Origin: Alphaproteobacteria bacterium
GTDB lineage: Bacteria > Pseudomonadota > Alphaproteobacteria > GCA-2731375
Length of the DNA: 64,000 nt
Reading direction: 5' to 3'
NCBI GenBank assembly: GCA_965225945.1
Contig: CBDDBZ010000034.1
Location: 320,001 to 384,000 of the forward strand
A program made the position numbers and the translations under genes. This document shows positions 1 to 8,596 of this stretch, in pieces. The notes below the pieces were generated by a model. That model did no database searches. It saw only the letters and a program-made list of their open reading frames with translations, and was not told the DNA's origin. Position 1 is the first letter of the stretch, and each line of letters starts with the position of its first letter.

Positions 1-27
1 GGCGAGTCGGGATCGGCCCGGCGCGCC

Positions 28-87
28 GCATGGCCCGGCCGGCCCGCTTGGGTGGTTGGGCGGGGGAGCGGGCCGGCCGGGCCATGC
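28..87. repeat. Perfect 21-bp GC-rich inverted repeat (hairpin)
   Basis: gcatggcccggccggcccgct (28-48) is the exact reverse complement of 67-87; no U-tract seen. Confidence 0.8.
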
Positions 88-170
88 CACGCGAACGCGT
101 GGCGACGAATAACTCGTTGGCCGGGGGAGCGGGGCGGCACGGGGCCTCGTCATTCATGGCGGTTGGAGTG

Positions 171-1853
171 ATGGCGGCGGCGAGAACCGGTCAACCGCCG
201 GCCGCCGGGCGCACCCTCTTCGACCGCGCCGACGAGCTCGGCTTCACGGTGGCGAGTTCCTGCGGCCGCACCGGCCGGTGTCACGAATGCGTGGTCGAGG
301 TGCGGGACGGCATGGCGGCGCTCGGGGAGAGGACGGAAGCGGAAGCCTTCCTACGCGGCGATTATCGCCTGGCCTGCCAAAGCGTCATCGAGGGCCAAGA
401 GGGAGAGATCGACTTCGAGCCGCTCAGGCGGGCGTCCAGGATCCTCACCGAAACCCGCGTCAAGCCGGAGCTCCGCCTCGATCCCGTCGCCACGCGGCAG
501 GGCGACGAGGTGCTCTATGACGCTGACGTGGTCGACCGCTATCGCGGTCACATTTTCGGCCTCGCGGTCGACCTCGGCACGACCACCGTGGCCTTGGAAC
601 TGGTGGACCTCGAAACCGGCCGCACGCTCGCCACCCGCGCCTTCGAGAATCCGCAAACCTTCGGCGGCAGCGACATCATGGGCCGCATCAGCTACGAAGC
701 CGAGGTCGGCCAGGGGGCGCTACGCAAGGCCGTGGTCGGCGTCCTCAACCAGACGATCCAGGGGCTCGCCCGCGAGCACGGCTTCCATCGCCGGGAAATC
801 TACGAGATCACGGTGGCCGGCAACTCGACCATGCGGGACATCCTGTTCGGCGTCGACGTGCAGCCGATCGGCCAGAAGCCCTACAAGTCGCGGATCGAGC
901 TCGCCTATCTGGCGGGCCGGCGAGAGCGGACGAGCCTGCTGGCCGAGACCCGGGAGCTGGGCCTGGTGGCCGGCCGACGGACCAAGGTCTACGGCCTGCC
1001 GCTGGTGGCGAGCCATGTCGGGGCCGACGCGGCGGCCGACCTCGCCGCCCTCGACTTCGCGCTCGAGATCGACGACGGCGGTGCGCGGATGCTGATCGAC
1101 ATCGGCACCAACACCGAGGTCGTGATCGGGCGAGGCGGCCATCTGATCGCCGCCTCCTGCCCGGCCGGGCCGGCCTTCGAGGGCGGCCTCGTCAGCTACG
1201 GGATGGCGGCGGCGGATGGCGCGGTGGAGCGGCTCAGCCTCGATTGCCGGGGGCGCGTCGAGCAATGCAGCGTCATCGGCGACGCGACGCCGGTCGGCCT
1301 TTGCGGCTCGGCCCTCGTGGACGCGCTGGCCGAGCTTCGCCGGGGCGGGCTGATGACCGAGAAGGGGGTCTTCACCGCCGATCGCAAGCTCGGCGAGATC
1401 GCCCTTTTCCCCGACCTCGCCATCACCCTTTCGAAACAGGACATCGGCAATCTGGGCCAGGCCAAGGCGGCGAACTACTGCGGCCAGTTCATCCTGCTGC
1501 GCGCGCTGGGCATCGATCCGGGCGCGCTCGAGCGGGTCTATCTCGCCGGTGGCTTCGCCAACTATATCGACGTCGAGAACGCGATCCGCATCGGCCTGCT
1601 GGCCCCGGTGGCGCCGGAACGGGTCGAGCGGATCGGCAACGCGGCGCTGCAGGGCGCGCGGGAAGTCCTGCTGTCGCGCACCAAGCGAGCGCGCCTGGAA
1701 GCGCTGGTCCGCCGAATCGAGCACGTCGAATTGGAGACGACCGACGATTTCTTCGAGATCTTCGTCGACGGCTGCCAGTTCAAGCCGATGCCGGCGGTCC
1801 TGGACGGGACGGGCGCGAGCGCTCGGCAAGGCGCGAAGCCAGGGGGGGAGTAA
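171..1853 (+). CDS. ASKHA-domain (DUF4445) RACo-like reductive activator of corrinoid proteins with N-terminal 2Fe-2S domain
   Basis: CGRTGRCHEC...RLACQ ferredoxin motif; ASKHA motifs DLGTTT, NPQ..GSDIMGRI, DIGTNTE, AGPAFEG, LAGGFANY. Start (156 or 171) is uncertain; the track's ATG at 30 lies inside the hairpin. Confidence 0.85.
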   Translation: MAAARTGQPPAAGRTLFDRADELGFTVASSCGRTGRCHECVVEVRDGMAALGERTEAEAFLRGDYRLACQSVIEGQEGEIDFEPLRRASRILTETRVKPELRLDPVATRQGDEVLYDADVVDRYRGHIFGLAVDLGTTTVALELVDLETGRTLATRAFENPQTFGGSDIMGRISYEAEVGQGALRKAVVGVLNQTIQGLAREHGFHRREIYEITVAGNSTMRDILFGVDVQPIGQKPYKSRIELAYLAGRRERTSLLAETRELGLVAGRRTKVYGLPLVASHVGADAAADLAALDFALEIDDGGARMLIDIGTNTEVVIGRGGHLIAASCPAGPAFEGGLVSYGMAAADGAVERLSLDCRGRVEQCSVIGDATPVGLCGSALVDALAELRRGGLMTEKGVFTADRKLGEIALFPDLAITLSKQDIGNLGQAKAANYCGQFILLRALGIDPGALERVYLAGGFANYIDVENAIRIGLLAPVAPERVERIGNAALQGAREVLLSRTKRARLEALVRRIEHVELETTDDFFEIFVDGCQFKPMPAVLDGTGASARQGAKPGGE

Positions 1854-1857
1854 CGCG

Positions 1858-2907
1858 ATGGACGCTCGCCAAGTGGCCGACTTCATCATCATCGGCGAGA
1901 ACGTTCACACCACGCGGGTGCTGCTGCGCAAGGGGCCTCGGATCGCCCGCGGCGAGGGTGGCGAAGCGATCCTGTTCGACGCCACGGCGCCCGAAGGCCG
2001 CGCGCTGCCGATCCCCGCCCGCTATCACGACACCCAGGATTTCTCCGAGGGTCGGGTCAAGCACGTCAAGATAGCCATCGAGGCGGCGATGGCCGGGGAT
2101 GGAACGGGTCTCGACTACATCGCCCGTCTGGTGGCACTGCAAGAGGCGGCCGGCGCGCGCTATCTCGACCTCAACGTCGATGAGATCTCGGTCAAGTTGG
2201 ACGAGCAGAAGGCGGCGATAGCCTGGCTGGTGGGCGCGATCGAGGGCATGACCGGGCTCGCGTTATCGATCGATTCCTCCAATATCGAGGTCTTGGAGAG
2301 CGGCCTCGCCGCCTGTGATGGGAGCCGCGCGCCCCCGCTGCTGAATTCCGCCTCGCGGGAGCGAATGGCGGCGCTCGACCTCGCGCGAGAAAGCGGCGCC
2401 TCGGTCATCGTCACGGCCGCCGGCGAGAAGGGCATGCCGGCGGGCCCGGACGATCGGCTGGAGAACGCCGGCATCATGATCGACGCGGCCCGAGCGCGCG
2501 GCTTCGCGCTTGGGGAGATCCACGTCGACCCGCTGATCTTCCCGATCTCGGTCGACGGCGCCTTCGGCGAGCACAGCCTGGAGGCGATCCGCCGGCTGCG
2601 CGCCGAATTTGGCCCGGAACTCCACATCACCGGGGGCATGAGCAACGTTTCCTTCGGCATCCCGGCGCGCAAGATCATCAACAACATGTTCCTGATCATG
2701 GCGATCGAGGCCGGTGCCGACAGCGGTATCGTCGATCCGGTGGCGAGCCGAATCGCCGAATTGCCGTCGCTCGAGCGTGCCTCGTCAACCTATGCGCTGG
2801 CGGAGGACGTGTTGCGGGGCCGCGACGCGTTCTGCGCCGGCTTCATCGCCGCCTGGCGCCAAGGCGAACTCGAAGGCGTGGCACCTCCGAGACAACGCAA
2901 GCGCTGA
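1858..2907 (+). CDS. Pterin-binding methyltetrahydrofolate:corrinoid methyltransferase (AcsE/MetH Fol-domain-like)
   Basis: IIGENV, LDLNVD, SIDSS, LLNS, VDPL, GGMSNVSFG.P.RK..N motifs; ATG 4 nt after the upstream stop with GGAG before it. Confidence 0.8.
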   Translation: MDARQVADFIIIGENVHTTRVLLRKGPRIARGEGGEAILFDATAPEGRALPIPARYHDTQDFSEGRVKHVKIAIEAAMAGDGTGLDYIARLVALQEAAGARYLDLNVDEISVKLDEQKAAIAWLVGAIEGMTGLALSIDSSNIEVLESGLAACDGSRAPPLLNSASRERMAALDLARESGASVIVTAAGEKGMPAGPDDRLENAGIMIDAARARGFALGEIHVDPLIFPISVDGAFGEHSLEAIRRLRAEFGPELHITGGMSNVSFGIPARKIINNMFLIMAIEAGADSGIVDPVASRIAELPSLERASSTYALAEDVLRGRDAFCAGFIAAWRQGELEGVAPPRQRKR

Positions 2908-2919
2908 GGCGAGCCGCCT

Positions 2920-3090
2920 GTGTTCGCCTACCGCACCATCGTCGCCGAGGACTGCTGCGGCGACCGCGCGATTCCGCCGCACAAGGCCAACCTGTTCGAC
3001 ATGGGACAGAAATATGCCAACCTGACGAGTGGCGAGGAGGCGCTGGCCAAGGCCCGCGCCGCGACGGCGGCCAATGCACCCGCAGCCTGA
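2920..3090 (+). pseudogene. C-terminal fragment of an isochorismatase-family (maleamate/N-carbamoylsarcosine amidase-like) hydrolase
   Basis: Hand translation: FAYRTIVAEDCCGDRAIPPHKANLFDMGQKYANL; the N-terminal catalytic part is absent; not in the ORF track. Confidence 0.7.
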
Positions 3091-3108
3091 AGGAACGAGG
3101 AAACCGTA

Positions 3109-3453
3109 ATGACCATCAAGCGTCACCACGTCGGCCCGATGATGAGCCGGATCGTCGAGACCGGCGATACCGTCTATCTCCAGGGCCTCACCGCCGACGA
3201 CAAGTCGGGCACCATCGAGGCGCAGACGGCGAACGTGCTGGGCAAGATCGACGGCCTGCTGGCCGAGGCCGGCACCGACAAATCGAAACTGCTGAGCGCC
3301 ACGATCTACGTCTCCGAATTATCGCTTCGGCCCCGGATGAACGAGGTCTGGGGCGCCTGGATCGACCCCGAGAACCCGCCGATCCGGGCCTGCGTCGGGG
3401 TCGAGCTCGACGGCGAGACCAGGGTCGAGATCGTCGTCACCGCGCTGAAGTAG
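3109..3453 (+). CDS. RidA/YjgF family protein (YoaB-like)
   Basis: VYLQG, QTANVLGKIDGLL..AGTDKSKLL, MNEVW..W, P.R.C, VEI.V.A; GAGG RBS. Confidence 0.9.
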   Translation: MTIKRHHVGPMMSRIVETGDTVYLQGLTADDKSGTIEAQTANVLGKIDGLLAEAGTDKSKLLSATIYVSELSLRPRMNEVWGAWIDPENPPIRACVGVELDGETRVEIVVTALK

Positions 3454-3492
3454 CGGCCGAGTCCGGATCGAGGCCGGCCGGCGGACCGCGCC

Positions 3493-4143
3493 TCAGGAGA
3501 AATGCCGCGCCCATACGGCGGCGCAGGCGGGTCGTTCGGCGACCGCCGCCGTGAGGCGCTCGACCTTGGGGATGTGGGCCGGGCGCCAGTCGTCCTGTTG
3601 CGCCCACCGGCTGACGACGGCGATGTAGAGATCGCTCAGGCAGAAGCCGCGATCGAGCAGGTAGGGGTCGCCGGAGATATGGTCTTCGACGATTCCCCAG
3701 CGTTCGCGCCAGATCCGGCGGGCGATCTCCCGCACCGAACCGGCGCCCTCGGCCGGCTCCGGTGCGAAGCGCTCGGGATAATCGTTGATCTCGACGATCG
3801 GGTAGATCTCGGTCGCGATGAACATGAGCCAGCGTAGCGCCTGCGCGTGTTCGCGCGAGCGCGGCGGCGCCATGAGCTTCGCCTCGCGATGGTGCTGGTC
3901 GAGGGTCAGGAGGATCGCCACCGATTCCGTCAACGTCTCCCCGTTGGCCATGACCAGGGCGGGAATCTTTCGTTGCGGATTGCGCGCGGCATAGGCCGCG
4001 TCACGTTGTTGGTTCGAGCCGATGTCGACGTCTCGAACCTCGTAGCGCGCGCCGATCTCGGCGAGCGCGAGTTCCACGATGCACGACCCCGATCGAGGGC
4101 ATCCATAGAGAATATAGGACACGCGAAGGACCTCCTGGATCAT
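3493..4143 (-). CDS. Glutathione S-transferase family protein
   Basis: NPQRKIPAL...LTESVAIL GST-N motif; helical C-domain. Start uncertain. Confidence 0.85.
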   Translation of the reverse strand: MIQEVLRVSYILYGCPRSGSCIVELALAEIGARYEVRDVDIGSNQQRDAAYAARNPQRKIPALVMANGETLTESVAILLTLDQHHREAKLMAPPRSREHAQALRWLMFIATEIYPIVEINDYPERFAPEPAEGAGSVREIARRIWRERWGIVEDHISGDPYLLDRGFCLSDLYIAVVSRWAQQDDWRPAHIPKVERLTAAVAERPACAAVWARHFS

Positions 4144-4155
4144 GCCTCGCCATGC

Positions 4156-4374
4156 TCAGTCCTCGGCGCCCTCTCGGGGTGGCGCCTCGCTGCGCTGGCC
4201 GCCCTTGTTGTTGCCGGCCTCGGGGAACAGCCAAATGGCGAAAACCATGAACAAACCCAAGGCCGGCGCCAGCCACTGGTTCACCGATTGCCCGATTCCG
4301 CCCTGCCAGTAGCCGATGACGGCGCCGACCACCACGAGGATCACCGAAAGCGCGATTTTGATGTTCGAGGGCAT
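4156..4374 (-). CDS. Small two-TM membrane protein, unknown function
   Basis: 72 aa MPSNIKIALSVILVVVGAVIG...LGLFMVFAIWLFPE; purine-rich RBS upstream. Confidence 0.6.
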   Translation of the reverse strand: MPSNIKIALSVILVVVGAVIGYWQGGIGQSVNQWLAPALGLFMVFAIWLFPEAGNNKGGQRSEAPPREGAED

Positions 4375-4510
4375 GGTTTCTCTCCCCCCTCGCCCTGGAT
4401 TACGTCCGACGGATCGGATTGGCGCTGGGAATGCGGTCCGAATTTTGGCATGATCCCCCGGCCGGCGGCAATCCAAGGACGACGGCCGGAAGATCGGCGG
4501 AGAGAGCACC

Positions 4511-5314
4511 ATGAACGCGACGATGGACACCACCACGGCCCCGGGGGTCGACCCGCTGGAGTTCGCCACCTCGCCGATGTCGGCGCGCCAGCGCGACTAT
4601 CGCGCGATCTACCGCCAGCGGATCGCCACCTGGTACAACGGCTATCTCCACGTCGCCGTGATCTACGCGATCGGCGCGATGGCGATGTATATCTACATCA
4701 CCAACATCGGCGGCGTCGCCTGGTGGGAATGGCTGACGATCCCGGTCGTCTTCCTGGCGTGCAACGTCTTCGAATGGCTCCTGCACCGCCATGTGATGCA
4801 CCGGCCGCAGAAGAATCCCGGGCTGCGGGCGATCTACACCCGCCACACCCTGATGCACCACCAGTTCTTCACCGATAACGAGATGCGCTTCGCCGGCCAT
4901 CACGACTGGCGGGTCACGGTGTTTCCGCCCTATGCGCTCTGCATCTTCGTCCTGATGTCGATCCCGGGCGCGCTGGTGGTCGGCCTGCTCACCACCGCCA
5001 ACGTCGGCTGGCTGGTGATGTGTACGACGACCAGCGTTTACCTGATATACGAGTTCATGCACTTTTGTTGCCACGTGGACGACAACTGGGTGGTCCGCAA
5101 TACGCCCTTCGTCAACACCATCCGCCGCCATCACGCCGCCCATCATAACATGGGCATCATGATGGACCGGAACATGAACCTGACCTTCCCGATCAGCGAC
5201 TGCCTGTTCGGTACTTCCGATCTTGACCGGGGTCTGCTGGGCACGCTGTTCAACGGCTACGACGAGAGCCACCTCCGCCCGGACATGAAGAAGACCCGCC
5301 ACGGCGCCGGCTGA
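4511..5314 (+). CDS. Fatty acid hydroxylase / sterol desaturase family protein
   Basis: His boxes HRHVMH, HTLMHH, HFCCH, HHAAHH plus TM segments. Confidence 0.85.
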   Translation: MNATMDTTTAPGVDPLEFATSPMSARQRDYRAIYRQRIATWYNGYLHVAVIYAIGAMAMYIYITNIGGVAWWEWLTIPVVFLACNVFEWLLHRHVMHRPQKNPGLRAIYTRHTLMHHQFFTDNEMRFAGHHDWRVTVFPPYALCIFVLMSIPGALVVGLLTTANVGWLVMCTTTSVYLIYEFMHFCCHVDDNWVVRNTPFVNTIRRHHAAHHNMGIMMDRNMNLTFPISDCLFGTSDLDRGLLGTLFNGYDESHLRPDMKKTRHGAG

Positions 5315-5381
5315 GGACGGGACCGGCCGCGACGACCGCTATCGCGTTCGCTCGCTTGCCGGCCTCCCGCGTCCACGCGCC

Positions 5382-6392
5382 TCAGGCGCCGCCGTTCGCC
5401 CGCTGGAGGCGTTCCGTGATCCGCGCCTCGGATTCGGGCGTGCCGTCGTGCCAGGTGCCGAACCACCTGTCCAACGGGATGGTGCCGTCGCCGCCGTAAT
5501 TGCACTCGAAGTGCTTGTGATGGAGCGCATGGAAATAACGCTGCCCCAACGACATCCTCTTGCCGTTCGCGAGTTCCATCTCGTCGAACCCCAGGTGCCC
5601 GAGCGCCGGCGATAGAATCAGGTGCTGCACGTGGAAGACCAAGTGTACGGGATGCGTGGCCACGACCCAATGGAGCAGTAAGGCGGTATAGAAGATCATA
5701 TGCTCTACCGGGTGCATCGAATTCCCGCTCCAGGGCCCGGTGTCCACGTTCTTGTGGTGGAGATAGTGGGCGGTCCGATAAAGAAAGCGGTAGTGCAGCA
5801 GGCGGTGGATGAAATAGAAGTGCACGTCGCGATAGATCGGCAGCAGGCAGAAGATCAGCACGAAGACGACGGGATGGGCTTCCCAACTCAGGTAGGGAAT
5901 GTAGCCGTTGGCCATGGCCCAGAACGTCACCACCTCGTAGGCGGTGAGGATGCCGCAGCCGCTGACGACGCTCCAGAACATGTTGTCCCAGATCTGCCTG
6001 CCGAACAGGAAGCGCCGATGCTGGGCCAAGGGCACCTCCTTGTTCATCATGAAACGGTCGCCCTGGGCGCGGCGAATATAGAACCTGAAATGCCACGCGC
6101 CGCAGACCAGGAACATGAGGCCGACGTTGAGCGCCAGGAGATGCGCGATCCAGTCGAGCCCGAAGGTCTTCATCGTCTCCAGGGGCGGCATCAGGATAAA
6201 CCACGTGGCGAAGGCCAGGGCGTAATAAAGGGCGTTCCAGGGTAGGAAATAGCCCGGAAAGCCGAAGAAGTACCGGAGCAACGCCCTGGGCCTCGGCGGC
6301 CAGACGCAGATGGGCGCGGGCACGAGCGGCGTCGCCGGCTTCCAATCCTCGGCCGGCTCCCTCACATGATCATCGAACGTCGTCTCGGCCAT
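5382..6392 (-). CDS. Sterol desaturase family protein
   Basis: HFYFIHRLLH, HYLHH, HPVEH, FHALHHKHFECNYG, LDRWFGT. Confidence 0.88.
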   Translation of the reverse strand: MAETTFDDHVREPAEDWKPATPLVPAPICVWPPRPRALLRYFFGFPGYFLPWNALYYALAFATWFILMPPLETMKTFGLDWIAHLLALNVGLMFLVCGAWHFRFYIRRAQGDRFMMNKEVPLAQHRRFLFGRQIWDNMFWSVVSGCGILTAYEVVTFWAMANGYIPYLSWEAHPVVFVLIFCLLPIYRDVHFYFIHRLLHYRFLYRTAHYLHHKNVDTGPWSGNSMHPVEHMIFYTALLLHWVVATHPVHLVFHVQHLILSPALGHLGFDEMELANGKRMSLGQRYFHALHHKHFECNYGGDGTIPLDRWFGTWHDGTPESEARITERLQRANGGA

Positions 6393-6432
6393 CTCGCGGG
6401 TTCTCCCGTCTCGAATCCCATGGGCAATGATA

Positions 6433-7617
6433 TCAGATCACGCGGGCCTCTCGTAGGCCGGCAATCTCCTCGGCGCCGTAGCCGAGGGTTTGCAGTATTT
6501 CATCGGTGTGCTCGCCCAGCAGCGGGGCCCGGTGGCGGATCTCGCCCGGCGTCTCAGAGAGCTTGACCGGGGTCTGGGCCAGCGGCGCCGGCCGCGAGGT
6601 GCCGGGAAATTCGACCTCCTGCAGGAAGCCCGTGGCCTGGACGTGGGGGTCCTCCAGCGCTTGGCTCGGGCTATTCACCGGGCCGCCCGGAAGCCGCGCC
6701 TCCTCCAGCGCCGCCAGGGCTTCCGCATTGCTCCGCTCGGCGCACCACACGCCCATCCGCTCGGAGATGATCTCGCCGTGGTCGCCACGAGAATCGTCGT
6801 TGGCAAAGCGCGGATCGGTGAGCCAGCTATCCTCCCCCATCAGCTCGGCCCAGCGCTCGAACAGCGGCTGGCCGATGGTCTGGACGATGATCCAGCCGTC
6901 CTTGGTCCGGTAGATGTCGGACGGACCGCCGTTGTAGCCCCTGTTGCCGATCGCCTGGCGGTTCTTCCCCACCATCGCCTGCTCGGCGATCATGGCGTTG
7001 TGGAAGGCGAGCGCGGTCTTGAGCAGCGCGCCCTCGACCATTTGGCCCTTGCCGCTTCTGTGGCGTTCCAGCAGGGCGTTCATGGTCCCGAAGGCGGACA
7101 GCGAGGCGGTGCCGAAGTCGACCCAGGGCGCCTCCGACTTCACCGGCTGGCCCGGAGTGCCGCCGAGATAGACCGAGCCGCACATCGCTTGCGCGATGCC
7201 GTCGAAGCCGACCCGCGTGGCATACGGCCCTTCCGAGCCGAAGGCGGAGACGGTGGTGAGGATGATGTCCTGCTTGATCGCCTTCAGGCTGTCGTAATCG
7301 ATTCCCATGGCGATCAAGCTCTCGTACGGCAGATTGGCGACCACGACGTCGGCGGTGGCCACCAGCTTTTTGACGATCTCGCGTCCCTCCGGGCGCATCG
7401 GATTCAAGGTCATGCCGCGCTTGTTGCGGTTCATCGCCAGGAAAATGGCGCCCTCGCCGCCCTCGGCGACCGGCAGCAGATAACGGTCCTCGCTGCCCCG
7501 GGTCTTCTCGATCCGGATCACCTCGGCGCCCATGTCGCCCAGAAGCGTCGCGCAATAGGGGCCGGCGATGTAGCGGCCGAAATCCAACACCCTGATACCG
7601 TCGAGCACGCCGGGCAT
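6433..7617 (-). CDS. CaiB/BaiF family (class III) CoA transferase
   Basis: GIRVLDFGRYIAGPYCATLLGDMGAEVIRIE, NRNKR, DVVVAN, APLLGEHT. Confidence 0.92.
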   Translation of the reverse strand: MPGVLDGIRVLDFGRYIAGPYCATLLGDMGAEVIRIEKTRGSEDRYLLPVAEGGEGAIFLAMNRNKRGMTLNPMRPEGREIVKKLVATADVVVANLPYESLIAMGIDYDSLKAIKQDIILTTVSAFGSEGPYATRVGFDGIAQAMCGSVYLGGTPGQPVKSEAPWVDFGTASLSAFGTMNALLERHRSGKGQMVEGALLKTALAFHNAMIAEQAMVGKNRQAIGNRGYNGGPSDIYRTKDGWIIVQTIGQPLFERWAELMGEDSWLTDPRFANDDSRGDHGEIISERMGVWCAERSNAEALAALEEARLPGGPVNSPSQALEDPHVQATGFLQEVEFPGTSRPAPLAQTPVKLSETPGEIRHRAPLLGEHTDEILQTLGYGAEEIAGLREARVI

Positions 7618-7771
7618 GTCCACGTCTCCTCGCAGTGAGCCGTCACCCTGGACCATAGCGGGCCGGGCACCGAGGGCAAGCCCCGCGCCGCTTCGCGGGG
7701 TTTTCGATTTCTTTACCAGAGGCAGCGAAACTCGGGGCTATGGGCGGAGTTGGCGCCCGGAGGTCCAGGCC

Positions 7772-8596
7772 ATGACCCAGCGGCTCGATCAAGAAAACCT
7801 GCAGCGCCAGTTCGGCCTGCACGCCAAGTACCTGCGCGGCCAGCCCCGCGGCCAGCGCCTGATATTGCGCCAGCACGACGGCTCGAAACTGAACTTTTCC
7901 CGCCGCGATCTCTCCTGGGCGGTCCTCAGCGGCTGCACCTTCAGCCACGCCTACTTCGCCAAGTGCAAGCTGGTGGGCGTGGATTTCTTCACCACCAACC
8001 TGCAAGGTGCCGATCTGCGCTTCGCCGATCTCTCCAGGGCCGATCTCAGGGGCGTCAACCTCAGGAACGCGAACCTGGAGGGCGCGACGCTGGAAAGCGC
8101 CGACATTCGCAACGGCTCCCTGATGCGCCCCGACGACGAAGGCAACCTGAAACCACAAACCCGGGGCGTCACCGAGCTCACCGGCGCCAATCTCTCCAAC
8201 AGCAACTTCGCCTCGGCCCGGCTCTCCGGCGTTTTCGTCACCGGCACCGATCTCTCCAACGCCAACTTCCGGGGCGCCCGGCTGATCGGCACCGACTTCT
8301 CCAGTTCCGATCTCCGGGGTGCTAATTTCGCCGGCGCCGATCTCTCCGGCGCGGTGCTCGCCAACTGCGCCTTGAACGGCGCCAACCTGAATGGCGCCAA
8401 TCTCACCGGCACCGATCTCGACGGCGCCGACCTGACGGCCGCGCTGTTCAGCACCGACGCGCTGGGCAGCGCGCAGCTCGACAACACCGTGCTGCCGCGA
8501 TCGATCGATCAGTTGGAAAAGCCGGTCCAGCAGACGCTCCGCGACCATTTCGAATGGGTTCAATCGCTCGGCCATAGCGGCGTGCAGGCGGGTCTG
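7772..8596 (+). CDS. Pentapeptide-repeat protein, exon 1 (275 codons)
   Basis: A(D/N)Lxx repeats; ends on a codon boundary (...GVQAGL) immediately before the intron GTGCG. Confidence 0.85.

Noticed and set aside
7980-8480. 15-nt periodic repeats as a CRISPR array or DNA repeat element
   Set aside because: They are codons of pentapeptide repeats; there are no spacers or cas genes. No CRISPR, tRNA or rRNA was recognised in the window.
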